Source: a virus. From it: a stretch of DNA of 64,000 nt. Location of the stretch: positions 32,001 through 96,000 of IMG/VR virus record IMGVR_UViG_3300028197_001695; one strand, 5' to 3'. The notes beneath the pieces are model-generated. The model had not been told where the DNA came from. It did no database searches and saw only the letters and a list, made by a program, of their open reading frames with translations. Numbering within the stretch: the first letter of the stretch is position 1; every line of letters starts with the position of its first letter. The translations under genes and the position numbers were made by a program. Shown one piece after another: positions 25,623 to 34,535 of the stretch.

Positions 25623-26246
25623 TTATTCACCAAATTTATAATTAAAATGTTTTATATCATCTCGATACACTTTCGAGATAATATCCCTAGTCTCATCATC
25701 ATAATACTCTGTGTAATGCCTATGATTACTTTTATTGACATGAGGCAAGTCTTGCTTGGGTATTCCAATATCCTTGCAAATAAAATTAAAATCTTCCTGC
25801 AAACTTTCTATTTTACCCACAAAATCCATTTTTAATTCACCCTTGACGCTTAAAAAACTGTATTGTGTTTTTAAATGAGGCATTTCAACATCAGGTTTTT
25901 GAGTTTGATAGAAGTATGTTTGAGGTTCTGAAACTTTAATTAAAAAATCCTTAAAGCTCATGTCATTGTCCTGTATCTTCCGACAAGCGTCCTTGTCCCA
26001 AAAATAGTGTTGATGATCAGGTCTCATCTGTTCCCAATAAGTATAAACGCTTAGCATACGAGACCAAGGATTTCTCACTATGGAATAGTACTTATAAGAA
26101 TTAGAATTAAAAATATAATTATGATAATTCTCCAAGGTTGCATGGGAGTTGCCCCGCCAACAATTAAAATTGTTACATTTTGTGATTGATGAACCTCCAC
26201 ATTTTGGGATATGTACAAACACAAATTTTTTAGTTTTGTTGATCAT
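25623..26246 (-). CDS. Sulfotransferase (Sulfotransfer_2-like)
   Basis: PAPS motifs HIPKCGGSSI and IVRNPWSRMLSVY; FVGKIESL..DF. Confidence 0.85.
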   Translation of the reverse strand: MINKTKKFVFVHIPKCGGSSITKCNNFNCWRGNSHATLENYHNYIFNSNSYKYYSIVRNPWSRMLSVYTYWEQMRPDHQHYFWDKDACRKIQDNDMSFKDFLIKVSEPQTYFYQTQKPDVEMPHLKTQYSFLSVKGELKMDFVGKIESLQEDFNFICKDIGIPKQDLPHVNKSNHRHYTEYYDDETRDIISKVYRDDIKHFNYKFGE

Positions 26247-26269
26247 GTTTCTATTCCGAAAATAAAAAA

Positions 26270-26368
26270 TTAAAATGTATCAAAAATATCTTCCAATAAA
26301 CCAAGGCGATACATCATGAATAATATTACGCCAATAAATATTGCTAAAACAAGTTCGCTTTTGTTCAT
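26270..26368 (-). CDS. 32-aa membrane peptide (not in ORF track)
   Basis: ATGA overlap; MNKSELVLAIFIGVILFMMYRLGLLEDIFDTF. Confidence 0.55.
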   Translation of the reverse strand: MNKSELVLAIFIGVILFMMYRLGLLEDIFDTF

Positions 26369-26607
26369 GACTCTCTTACCCTAACTACTTCTTTCTTGAC
26401 ATTCTTAAAGTCTTTGTCGTATCTATCTGACCAGTGAGGGTCTTTAGCTTGTAGAACCTGTTCATATTCCTTGTCGATAAGTTGATTCTGGACCTGCCTC
26501 TCTATCCAGCTTGGAGGATTCAGAATTTGATTTAAATCAAGATCTGATTCTTCGCCAAACATGGACTTCTTGAGCTTATGCAAGAGTAATTCAAATTTAT
26601 TTTTCAT
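26365..26607 (-). CDS. Hypothetical protein
   Basis: 80 aa in a packed operon. Confidence 0.6.
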   Translation of the reverse strand: MKNKFELLLHKLKKSMFGEESDLDLNQILNPPSWIERQVQNQLIDKEYEQVLQAKDPHWSDRYDKDFKNVKKEVVRVRES

Positions 26608-26608
26608 T

Positions 26609-26772
26609 TTACCAATGTCTAATTGTATTTGCGATAATGAAACCGCAAGTTGTAATATGGATTAACCACCAAAAAGTTCTAATGACTGCTGCAATATCTG
26701 CTTCTGTACCATCATCTGAGATTTTTTGGCCCATTGTCCTAGCCCATATTCTCCAAATTTTTTTTTATTCAT
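26609..26772 (-). pseudogene. Small membrane protein gene interrupted by a frameshift in an A9 run
   Basis: ATG AAT A9 TTT GG...; one extra A gives MNKKKIWRIWARTMGQKISDD...IRTFWWLIHITTCGFIIANTIRHW. The span is 164 nt, 1 nt short of a multiple of 3. Confidence 0.55.
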
Positions 26773-26784
26773 AACTTACCCAAA

Positions 26785-26988
26785 TTAATAACCTTCAATA
26801 ATATTATTAATTGTTTCAACTACTTCATTATGATGAGCGATAGTCTCTACTTTCTTTTCGATTTCTACACCCAGATCAGGATGTTCTCCGATAGCTACTT
26901 GATGATTCAAATAGGTTTCCAGATCTGCTCTGGCGATATCTCCAAGAGCTTCGTGTTTTTTCTTAATTGCTTTTAAATGTGCATTCAT
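26785..26988 (-). CDS. Conserved phage hypothetical protein
   Basis: 67 aa; A.ADLETYL...VAIGEHPD. Confidence 0.65.
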   Translation of the reverse strand: MNAHLKAIKKKHEALGDIARADLETYLNHQVAIGEHPDLGVEIEKKVETIAHHNEVVETINNIIEGY

Positions 26989-27010
26989 ATTATTTTTTTA
27001 ATAGTTTTAA

Positions 27011-27093
27011 TAGCTCTGGAGGGGATCGAACCCTCACGATCTAGGATCAACGGATTTTAAATCCGCAGCGTCTACCAATTCCGCCACAGAGCC
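27011..27093 (-). tRNA. tRNA-Leu(TAA)
   Basis: GGCTCTG...GGAATTGGTAGAC...GCGGA-TTTAAAA-TCCGT, long variable arm, GGGTTCGATCCC; CCA not encoded. Confidence 0.92.
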
Positions 27094-27098
27094 TAAAT

Positions 27099-27518
27099 TT
27101 ACTTAGCTGATACTACAATATATTCGTGATTGTCTTTATAGCTGTGAGCATAGTCGATGCAATCCTTGAAGTCTCCATGATAATCAATGAAAGAAGCATC
27201 GACCACAAAGAACTTGCCATCTGGGAGAGGATAATTCTCTGCACCTTTCGCTAAGTGAGTCGAAGAGATCCTCCAACCAGATCCATCTTTCTTGACTAAG
27301 CTCTTAAATCGTTTCATCTCAGAAGGGTGATCATCTTCTTCGAAGTGACTGAGCATCTTCTCAAGCTGGAACTTAGTGAGAGAAACACAAGCCTCAATTT
27401 TTTCTGGATGAACAATCTCCTTTTCGATCTTGGTTTGAATTATCGGATCTTTAAAGCAATGCCAAGTTGCCAAAGCCCAAAGAGGAATTGATGTAGCTAG
27501 GAATAATTTCGTTCTCAT
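27099..27518 (-). CDS. Hypothetical membrane-anchored protein
   Basis: 139 aa with an N-terminal hydrophobic segment. Confidence 0.65.
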   Translation of the reverse strand: MRTKLFLATSIPLWALATWHCFKDPIIQTKIEKEIVHPEKIEACVSLTKFQLEKMLSHFEEDDHPSEMKRFKSLVKKDGSGWRISSTHLAKGAENYPLPDGKFFVVDASFIDYHGDFKDCIDYAHSYKDNHEYIVVSAK

Positions 27519-27727
27519 TTTCTTTTTTCAGTAATTTCATTCGGGAATACTTCTGCCTCTGACCCATCTCGGAACATAGCTAATACTTTCCCTTTACATT
27601 GAATAGCATTTTGCTTCGCCATCTCCAAGCAATTAATGGAGGGATTCACTTTCTCAAGGTCAGTTGAATACCCGCCCATCCAATCGCCCTTACGACTGTA
27701 AACATTATATGTTTTGACTTCAGACAT
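27515..27727 (-). CDS. Hypothetical protein
   Basis: 70 aa, coupled to both neighbours. Confidence 0.6.
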   Translation of the reverse strand: MSEVKTYNVYSRKGDWMGGYSTDLEKVNPSINCLEMAKQNAIQCKGKVLAMFRDGSEAEVFPNEITEKRK

Positions 27728-27945
27728 TATGCTTCTAGCTTGATGTCAATCTTCGACGCTTCCTCTGTGGGAGTTTCGCTGCTGGTAACTACTGCACTAG
27801 GAGCAGAGTCGATAACAATATCAAGCTTCTCCAACCACACCCTAGAGACAGGGATTGATTGTCTCCGACCGAATAGGTCATTAAGTTGCTCAAGAGTAAG
27901 ATTCACGAATGATGTGCCACCTTTGGGTCTTCCACGTTTTGCCAT
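27727..27945 (-). CDS. Small protein with AT-hook-like N-terminus
   Basis: MAKRGRPKG. Confidence 0.6.
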   Translation of the reverse strand: MAKRGRPKGGTSFVNLTLEQLNDLFGRRQSIPVSRVWLEKLDIVIDSAPSAVVTSSETPTEEASKIDIKLEA

Positions 27946-27980
27946 TGTATTAGTTTGTTAGTTTTTTTTGTTGGTTGAAA

Positions 27981-28178
27981 TTAGTATCCGCATTTTGAAA
28001 CAACTGCGGAAGCTTCTCTGGAAAGAACCTCAAGAGTATCGTCATAGTCAATTGCCTCTACCTCTTTGAGAGCTTTCTCCAAGCCACCAATGAGTTCCCA
28101 AAGGTCATCCGCTTTGATCTTGTCGCCGTTGACTGTGATGTCGATCTTAGAAAAGTCGAAGTCTTGTTCGTTGTTCAT
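27981..28178 (-). CDS. Hypothetical protein, leaderless
   Basis: TTGACC-16-TATTAT-6-ATG (promoter 28185-28212). Confidence 0.7.
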   Translation of the reverse strand: MNNEQDFDFSKIDITVNGDKIKADDLWELIGGLEKALKEVEAIDYDDTLEVLSREASAVVSKCGY

Positions 28179-28223
28179 GCCGCTATAATACTGCTTTTTG
28201 GATTAAGGTCAAGTTTTTTTTCA

Positions 28224-29156
28224 TTAAATTGTTTGAGCAAGTGCCATACCTTCTCTAGTGAGTTTTCTCTTGACATCTATTTCCATGAGGTTCTTCCTAA
28301 CTAAGATCTGCTCGTAGTCTCTCTGAATAGCTTGCTTCTGGTAACCAGTGACAGAGCAGAGTCCATTGAGCGTCATCGCTCCCCTATCCCTCAGAGTCTT
28401 CACGATCTGAATCTCAGAGTTTGATAAGCCCATCGGATTAACCCCCATAGCCTTACAGAACTCAGACCAGAGGGTCTTAGTGAAGACTTTCATCTTAGTG
28501 GCGGAAGCATACGTCTGAACGTCCTGAGCCTTGACTACAGCGTCTCTCGGATTGCCCCTCAATACAGAAACGATCTCTGTCTTCGCATTAGGGTCGATCT
28601 GCACCTCCCCTTCTAGATTAGACTCAAAGATTTTGTAAAGCTCTTCACCAGAGTAATCTTCAAAAGAAATATCTCTAAGTCTATCTCTAAGTGGCTCGCA
28701 AAGCTTTTCTTGATTTGTTGTCGCCATGCAAAGTGAAAGCTTCGAAAAGTCAAAGGTGAATGTCCCCTCCTCTGTAGTAACAGTTCGAACTGGATTTTTA
28801 TCCACGTTCAGTGCTGTCAAGAAAATCTCTTGTAAGTCTTTGGGAATATTGTGTCCCTCATCAATAAAAAGAAAGGCACTATGCTCAACCCACAATGGGT
28901 AAACCTGCTCAAAGAACGCACGAGCGTTTCTGATTGTCTTGCCGTTAATCTCAAGCATTGGAGGACGAGTGCCATCTGGACGCTGAAGAGCTTCGCGGAA
29001 CTTACGAGCAAAGAAAGTTTTGCCTCCACCCTTCTGGGTAGTGAGGTTGATAAACGGCAAACGGTTTGTCTCCTTGTAAGAGTCAATGAACACACTCAAA
29101 GTGCGCTTGACTGATTCTTGTCCAATGGCTTCTTCGAATACCTTGTTGATTTCCAT
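28224..29156 (-). CDS. ruvB: RuvB-like Holliday-junction branch-migration AAA+ ATPase
   Basis: IGQESVK, KGGGKT, FLFIDEGH, ATT, PLRDR, RGNPRDA, C-terminal winged helix GLSNSEIQI...RKLTREG; promoter TTGACT-16-TATTCT-6-ATG. Confidence 0.85.
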   Translation of the reverse strand: MEINKVFEEAIGQESVKRTLSVFIDSYKETNRLPFINLTTQKGGGKTFFARKFREALQRPDGTRPPMLEINGKTIRNARAFFEQVYPLWVEHSAFLFIDEGHNIPKDLQEIFLTALNVDKNPVRTVTTEEGTFTFDFSKLSLCMATTNQEKLCEPLRDRLRDISFEDYSGEELYKIFESNLEGEVQIDPNAKTEIVSVLRGNPRDAVVKAQDVQTYASATKMKVFTKTLWSEFCKAMGVNPMGLSNSEIQIVKTLRDRGAMTLNGLCSVTGYQKQAIQRDYEQILVRKNLMEIDVKRKLTREGMALAQTI

Positions 29157-29209
29157 GTCCGAAGAATATCACCATTCTCAGACGAGTCAACCCCTTTCTG
29201 ATTAAAAAA

Positions 29210-29503
29210 TCACTTTTTTCTCAAATCTTTGTGCTTCAATACCCAAGGAATTACTAAATTTTCTACACATCGGACATAAGCTTCTTCATCATTATTCTCC
29301 ATGAAGGCTATCCCTGTCATCTCAAAAATTATGTGGGTGACTTCGTGAACAAGCGTCCACCAGTGCTGCTCTGGATCTTTGAGGCATTTTTTATTCAATT
29401 TAATTAGCTTATCATCCATGAAGCATTCACCCCAATCCTCCATTTCCTCATAAACAATTTTTATTTTTACATTTAAAACCTCAACAAAAGAAAGCCTCTT
29501 CAT
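29210..29503 (-). CDS. Small HEXXH metallopeptidase-like protein
   Basis: TLVHEVTHIIF; GTGTAA motif upstream. Confidence 0.6.
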   Translation of the reverse strand: MKRLSFVEVLNVKIKIVYEEMEDWGECFMDDKLIKLNKKCLKDPEQHWWTLVHEVTHIIFEMTGIAFMENNDEEAYVRCVENLVIPWVLKHKDLRKK

Positions 29504-29545
29504 CTTAAATAATTACACTTTGATCTTGACTAAGAACGAAAAACA

Positions 29546-29779
29546 TTGAAAATATTATTGATGACCTCACAAGAAAAATTACAAGCATTAGATAAAGCTA
29601 AGATAGAAATGGGCAGATTAAAAAAAGCTCAAGCTAATCTCTACGCAGAAACCAAAGAAAAATTAGAATTAACTGACAAGTATGATCGTAGTCTTTGGGA
29701 CTTTCTCGTGATTGGACTGCAATTTGCTAGAGGTGAGATTGAGGTAGCCTTACACACAAATGAGGGAAAAGATGCTTGA
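29546..29779 (+). CDS. Hypothetical protein
   Basis: 77 aa; true start may be ATG 29557. Confidence 0.6.
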   Translation: MKILLMTSQEKLQALDKAKIEMGRLKKAQANLYAETKEKLELTDKYDRSLWDFLVIGLQFARGEIEVALHTNEGKDA

Positions 29780-29812
29780 CTTCAATTTTTAAGCGTTTAA
29801 ATTAGCCCAGAC

Positions 29813-30310
29813 ATGAATATATTCTGCTTAGACAAAGACCCCGAAATTGCTGCTCGTCAGCATTGCGACAAACACTGTGTCAAGATGATTCTTGAATGTA
29901 GCCAACTTCTCTGCACGACATTTTGGATGCAGGATCTTGAAGCACCATATAAGAAGACTCACTACAACCATCCCTCTGCGATCTGGGCTAGAGAGTCTCG
30001 TGGTAACTTTGAGTGGCTCGTTCAGCATACAGCATCTTTACTTAACGAATATACTAGAAGGTATGGTAAACGTCATAAAAGCACAGATACTTTGATTTGG
30101 ATTCTGGAGAACAAACATCGCTTACACTTCGACAAGCAAGAGCAGACAGAATTTGCTGTAGCTATTGCTCAAGACCAAAGGTGTAGAGAGCTTCCGAACT
30201 TTGAGACACTTTCTGTTGTCGAAAAGTATCGAGAGTATTATAATCACGATAAGTCTTATATGGCAAAATGGCAACACAGTGAAACTCCGAAGTGGTATAC
30301 TGTAAAATAA
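29813..30310 (+). CDS. Pyrimidine-dimer DNA glycosylase (endonuclease V-related) family protein
   Basis: MNIFCLD.DP..AA..HCDKHCVKMILECSQLL, YKKTHYNHPSAIWARES..NFEWL. Confidence 0.7.
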   Translation: MNIFCLDKDPEIAARQHCDKHCVKMILECSQLLCTTFWMQDLEAPYKKTHYNHPSAIWARESRGNFEWLVQHTASLLNEYTRRYGKRHKSTDTLIWILENKHRLHFDKQEQTEFAVAIAQDQRCRELPNFETLSVVEKYREYYNHDKSYMAKWQHSETPKWYTVK

Positions 30311-30322
30311 AAAATATTTTAA

Positions 30323-30814
30323 TTGATAATGATTAACGAAGAAATAAAAGATCTGGGGGAGCAAAGACAAAACGCTCACCCTAATGGAACACCGAGGTAT
30401 TATGATGACCCAAACATCGAAGATACGATTGGAGTAAGAGGAGAAGCTGCTTTCGCCAAAAGATACGATTTAAATATCGACAAAAGAATTCTCCCAGAGG
30501 GAGATGACCACATTGATTTTATTGTAGAAATAAATAATCAAAAAGTATCTATTGACATTAAGACTGCTCAAAAAGCCTACAATCTTCTAATTAAAGAATG
30601 GGAAATCGATAAATGCTCAGACATCCTCGTCTTAGCTGAATATACAAATGGGAAAATTAATTTCCTTGGGTGGGAGACTAAAGAAATTATGAAACTCATG
30701 CCTAAGAAAGTTTTTTCTAGACTTAATATAAAAAACTATTATAGAAATAGAAACGATTTAAGACCAATGTCTCAACTAGATAAACTAATCCCAACCCCAT
30801 CATTTTTAATATGA
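30323..30814 (+). CDS. Putative PD-(D/E)XK nuclease-fold protein
   Basis: GVRGE.AF...DF.V....SIDIKT. Confidence 0.5.
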   Translation: MIMINEEIKDLGEQRQNAHPNGTPRYYDDPNIEDTIGVRGEAAFAKRYDLNIDKRILPEGDDHIDFIVEINNQKVSIDIKTAQKAYNLLIKEWEIDKCSDILVLAEYTNGKINFLGWETKEIMKLMPKKVFSRLNIKNYYRNRNDLRPMSQLDKLIPTPSFLI

Positions 30815-31056
30815 GAGAAAAATTTGAGAACTGTTTAATAATAATTGGATCAATTGTAATAGGAATACCTCTTGGTATTATAGTCGGTTTGGTTTGTTGG
30901 TTTAAATTCCCATTCCAAATATATTGGGCAGCAAGAGCGAACTTATCTTTACAAAGAATCGAGCGAGCAAAAGAAGGAATAAAAAAACACGAAACTGTAG
31001 ATATCTGGGAGAACCACATGAAGAAAATGGAAGAAAAAAAATCTTATGACAACTGA
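30811..31056 (+). CDS. Membrane protein
   Basis: 81 aa with an N-terminal TM helix. Confidence 0.65.
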   Translation: MREKFENCLIIIGSIVIGIPLGIIVGLVCWFKFPFQIYWAARANLSLQRIERAKEGIKKHETVDIWENHMKKMEEKKSYDN

Positions 31057-31378
31057 AGAACTATTAGAACTACATAAAGATACCTGCGATACTTGCAGGG
31101 ATATTATGAGGCGGAAAAATAACGATTATACTGGTGGAGAAAAATCCACTGATCCTTTCGCCAATTTTAACGCTGCGTCTGTGCTTGGCATTGATCCAGT
31201 ACAAGGCTTACTACTTAGAGTAATCGATAAAATTCAAAGAATTAGGTCTTTTACAAACGATAAAGAATTAAAGGTAGCAAATGAAAGTGTTGAAGATGCT
31301 TGTGATGATATCGTAAATTACGCGATATTAGCCAAGGCAATGCTTATGGAGCAAAGAAGCTGCCCAGAAATTAAGTAA
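31046..31378 (+). CDS. DUF1599-like (nucleotide-modification-associated) protein
   Basis: RRKNNDY...DPFANF...LLRVIDKIQRI...ESVEDACDDIVNYAIL. Confidence 0.7.
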   Translation: MTTEELLELHKDTCDTCRDIMRRKNNDYTGGEKSTDPFANFNAASVLGIDPVQGLLLRVIDKIQRIRSFTNDKELKVANESVEDACDDIVNYAILAKAMLMEQRSCPEIK

Positions 31379-31404
31379 AAACGATTAAAAATTCACCCCT
31401 CATC

Positions 31405-31433
31405 AACCTACTCCTACGGGAGTGGGTTTTTTT
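31405..31433 (+). terminator. Intrinsic terminator
   Basis: CCTACTCC-TACG-GGAGTGGG plus T7. Confidence 0.8.
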
Positions 31434-31447
31434 GTGTAACATAAGGT

Positions 31448-32320
31448 ATGCCTTCTGTAACGAGAGTCCACTCCCATGAGAGTCAAATATATATTGATAA
31501 TACTTTGATAAAAGGAGTTCAATCTTTTAGCTACGACAATCCAAAAAATGTTCAAGAGCTAAGGCGACTTGGGTCTTACAAACAAGAAGATTATATTTTA
31601 ACAGCAGATCAACCTATTGATACTTCTATAGATTTTATAGTTAATGATCATGTTCTAGACAAGGATGGGAACTACTTGAAGTTTTTGAGTTCAGATGAGT
31701 CTAGTATAAAACTAAAAGATGCTACTGCTGAAACCACTTTCAATAAAGCAAATCTCACAAACTTTTCATTGGATTTTACCGTCGGAGAATTCGCTATAGG
31801 CAAATATGGATATCAGTGTGATTCCTTGTCTGTAGATTCGTCAGAGTCATATGAAGATGCAGATATAGATTCTTCTAAAATAAATATTTTCCGCCCACAA
31901 GATATAACTCTTACCACAAGCCTAGCTGAAGGAATAAATTCTACAGACTATCCCATTCAATCTGCTTCCATTTCCGTAGGTATAGAGAGAAGACCCACAA
32001 TCAGAGTCGGAGAACGAGGAGCGAAAAGAAGATACCCTGTATTACCAGCACAAGGATCTTTAAATATATCTATTCTTAAAAATAAAGTTGAAGAGACTTT
32101 AGATTTATCAAGCTTAGTCGCTAAAAAAGGAAACTTTACTTTTGTAATATCAGAGACTGCTTTGGGTTCTGCTTCTACAAATCCAAATTTAAATATAAAA
32201 GTTCACAATTGTTTCTTAAATTCTGTAAGCCATTCTCATTCTTTAGACGATAATGCACTATTGGAATTTTCTTATACATTTCCGATTTCAAACGATGCCA
32301 TCGAATATTATTTTTCGTAA
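31448..32320 (+). CDS. Tail-tube-like protein
   Basis: IKGVQSFSY...ELRRLG...; second half IQSASISVGIERRP..RVG; GTGTAA late motif upstream. Confidence 0.5.
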   Translation: MPSVTRVHSHESQIYIDNTLIKGVQSFSYDNPKNVQELRRLGSYKQEDYILTADQPIDTSIDFIVNDHVLDKDGNYLKFLSSDESSIKLKDATAETTFNKANLTNFSLDFTVGEFAIGKYGYQCDSLSVDSSESYEDADIDSSKINIFRPQDITLTTSLAEGINSTDYPIQSASISVGIERRPTIRVGERGAKRRYPVLPAQGSLNISILKNKVEETLDLSSLVAKKGNFTFVISETALGSASTNPNLNIKVHNCFLNSVSHSHSLDDNALLEFSYTFPISNDAIEYYFS

Positions 32321-32389
32321 GCCAATTCGCCCCCTCCTTATTTGGCAAAATCCTGTTTAAACTTGGGACTTTTTAGTGTAAAATATAAT

Positions 32390-32917
32390 ATGCCATTGCC
32401 AACGCCCAATAATGGAGAAAAAAAATCTAAATTTGTCAGCCGCTGCATCATAGATCTTTCAGACAAAAAAGAATTTAAGGATGACAAACAAAGATCCGCT
32501 GTTTGTTATTCTCAATTTGAGAAAGCTGAAAGCAAAGCTTCTGTGATTATTAGCGACCCGCTAAATGAAGAGGACTGTATCTTATTTTTTTCCAAAGCAT
32601 CTCCTGATGTAAAAAAACATTACTTCAAAACAAAAGAAGAAGCGATGAAGGATGCTGAAAAGATGGGACTCAAAGGTATCCACCCTCACGAAACAAAAGA
32701 TGGCAAGACTTTATATATGGCTGGACCAGATCATGAAACATTTATGAAGCGTCATGACGAGATCCTAAAAGAAAAAGAGAAATCTGATAGTAGTCTCTGG
32801 GAGAATATAAGAAAGAAAAAAGAAAGAATCAAGAGGGGTTCTGGAGAGAAGATGAAGAAAAAGGGTGATAAAGGAGCACCAACATCTGATCAAATAGAAA
32901 AAGCGAAAGGGAAATAA
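32390..32917 (+). CDS. Basic multi-motif late protein
   Basis: Start moved to ATG 32390 (8 nt after GTGTAA). MPLP.P...SRC...QRSAVCYSQF; YFKTKEEA...GIH.H...YM; LWENIRKK...GSGEKM..KG.KGAP. Confidence 0.65.
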   Translation: MPLPTPNNGEKKSKFVSRCIIDLSDKKEFKDDKQRSAVCYSQFEKAESKASVIISDPLNEEDCILFFSKASPDVKKHYFKTKEEAMKDAEKMGLKGIHPHETKDGKTLYMAGPDHETFMKRHDEILKEKEKSDSSLWENIRKKKERIKRGSGEKMKKKGDKGAPTSDQIEKAKGK

Positions 32918-32938
32918 TCTAGCGTCTTTAATTGACAA

Positions 32939-33190
32939 CTAGAAAGACTGCTTTCTTAAGGTCTTAAAGATATCATAAAGGCACTGATCCTTTTTAGTAG
33001 CTTCTCTAACCTTATTCTTTAATTCAAAAGAATGTGAGGTATGGGCTATCTCTCTTTTAATGACCCAACCATCTTCAATAAAATAATCTGTATCCCATTT
33101 AAATATCTCTGAAATATAATCCAAAGCAATCAAATGTCTCTGAGCTTCTGAGATCTCAATCTCTACTGTTTGCTTACCTGTTATTTTCAT
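32939..33190 (-). CDS. Hypothetical protein
   Basis: 83 aa, GTGTAA upstream. Confidence 0.65.
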   Translation of the reverse strand: MKITGKQTVEIEISEAQRHLIALDYISEIFKWDTDYFIEDGWVIKREIAHTSHSFELKNKVREATKKDQCLYDIFKTLRKQSF

Positions 33191-33213
33191 GAACTTTTAT
33201 TACACTATTTATT

Positions 33214-33477
33214 TTAAAATTCAAAAAATGATTCTTCAATTCCACCCATAATATTGTCCTCGTTTACTGGACATTCGCTCAGAATATCACATAACATTTC
33301 ATTTTCCTCTTCTGTAGGTTGTTCGGAGTCATTAAGTATCTTCTGAAATCTTTCTATAGAACCAAAGTTATCAATAATATCTCCGTCCTCCAACTCATAA
33401 GTGCGAACTTGCTGAAGTGAGCGAAGTTCAATCTTTTTTATTTCCATAATCTTTAAATTAAGGAGAGGGTTACTCAA
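33214..33477 (-). CDS. Hypothetical acidic protein
   Basis: 87 aa. Confidence 0.6.
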   Translation of the reverse strand: MSNPLLNLKIMEIKKIELRSLQQVRTYELEDGDIIDNFGSIERFQKILNDSEQPTEEENEMLCDILSECPVNEDNIMGGIEESFFEF

Positions 33478-33904
33478 GAATTATTTCACCAGAGAAGACT
33501 TTTTTCCCTAGCTCATTCCCTCCCTCTATCCTATTACCATTTGATAAAAAAGCTCTAAATCTGCGGAACTTCTTTCCGTTTTCCCAGATAAGAGACATTT
33601 GTTTCTCTCCGTTCGGATACCAACTGTCGAAAGGACCGTGGAGCTTACCTTTGTAAACCCCAGCCTTTGCCATCATCGCTCCATTGATGTAGTATCTTAC
33701 AGAAGTGCCAGAGAATTTATCCTTTTCTGCCATATTAATAGAAGTATAAAAAGTATTTGTATCTATGTCAATAAATAACTCCTCCGCTTTTACTGTTGGG
33801 CCTTCTGGATAATCTGCACCTCTATTGACATACGCCTCTACTCCATATTTAAATAATAGAGATAGAATTAAACAGGCGAATGATATTTTTAATAATTTGT
33901 TCAT
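33470..33904 (-). CDS. Membrane-anchored MORN-variant repeat protein
   Basis: N-terminal TM; YKGKLHGPFDSWYPNGEKQ...WENGK. Confidence 0.65.
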   Translation of the reverse strand: MNKLLKISFACLILSLLFKYGVEAYVNRGADYPEGPTVKAEELFIDIDTNTFYTSINMAEKDKFSGTSVRYYINGAMMAKAGVYKGKLHGPFDSWYPNGEKQMSLIWENGKKFRRFRAFLSNGNRIEGGNELGKKVFSGEIILE

Positions 33905-33907
33905 ACT

Positions 33908-34525
33908 TTAATAACCCCAACTATTTAAGGTGTGCTGAAAAGGATTATCCTTTATACCCTTAACCAAGTCAAGCATTTTCTCTGCTATTTCTTTAATTTC
34001 TTTTTGAGCGTGTTCACTTTTGCGTAATTTAATAAAGTTTGCAAAGCTACGCATGTTAAATTGTACATCGGCTTGAATGCGACTATTATAGGTCTTAAAG
34101 AAACGTGCAGATTCTTTTGCTCGTTTGCGACCCAACTCTGGTTCAAGATCAGCAAGACATTTATGGTAAAGTCTATTACCGTCTTCAGTATATTGTTTCA
34201 ATTGTTGTTGCCAGAAATCTGGCCAATCATCAGGGATAAAAGTTTTATCCTCTTTCAATTCTTTGTATCGCGCCGATTCTGCATTAAGCGAAGATAATCT
34301 ATGCTTAAGTAAATGAATATGACTGGCAATATCACAATCAACAAGAAAATGAATGCTACCTTTTTCAAAGGGTGTTTCATGTCCGTGGCTCCAAAGCATG
34401 TTGATGAGCTTCGGAATTCTCTCTCTTTTCTTTTCATCTAGGTCTCTCGAAGTCGATGTCCAAGCACTACAAGCAATAACTTCATCACTACCATAGTGTC
34501 CTAATAATTCTACTGTATTTTCCAT
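33908..34525 (-). CDS. thyX: Flavin-dependent thymidylate synthase
   Basis: GHETPFE, HLLKHR.SS.NAESARY (RHRx7SxR variant), NMRSF..F..LR...HAQKEI. Confidence 0.92.
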   Translation of the reverse strand: MENTVELLGHYGSDEVIACSAWTSTSRDLDEKKRERIPKLINMLWSHGHETPFEKGSIHFLVDCDIASHIHLLKHRLSSLNAESARYKELKEDKTFIPDDWPDFWQQQLKQYTEDGNRLYHKCLADLEPELGRKRAKESARFFKTYNSRIQADVQFNMRSFANFIKLRKSEHAQKEIKEIAEKMLDLVKGIKDNPFQHTLNSWGY

Positions 34526-34535
34526 TTTTTTTCAA

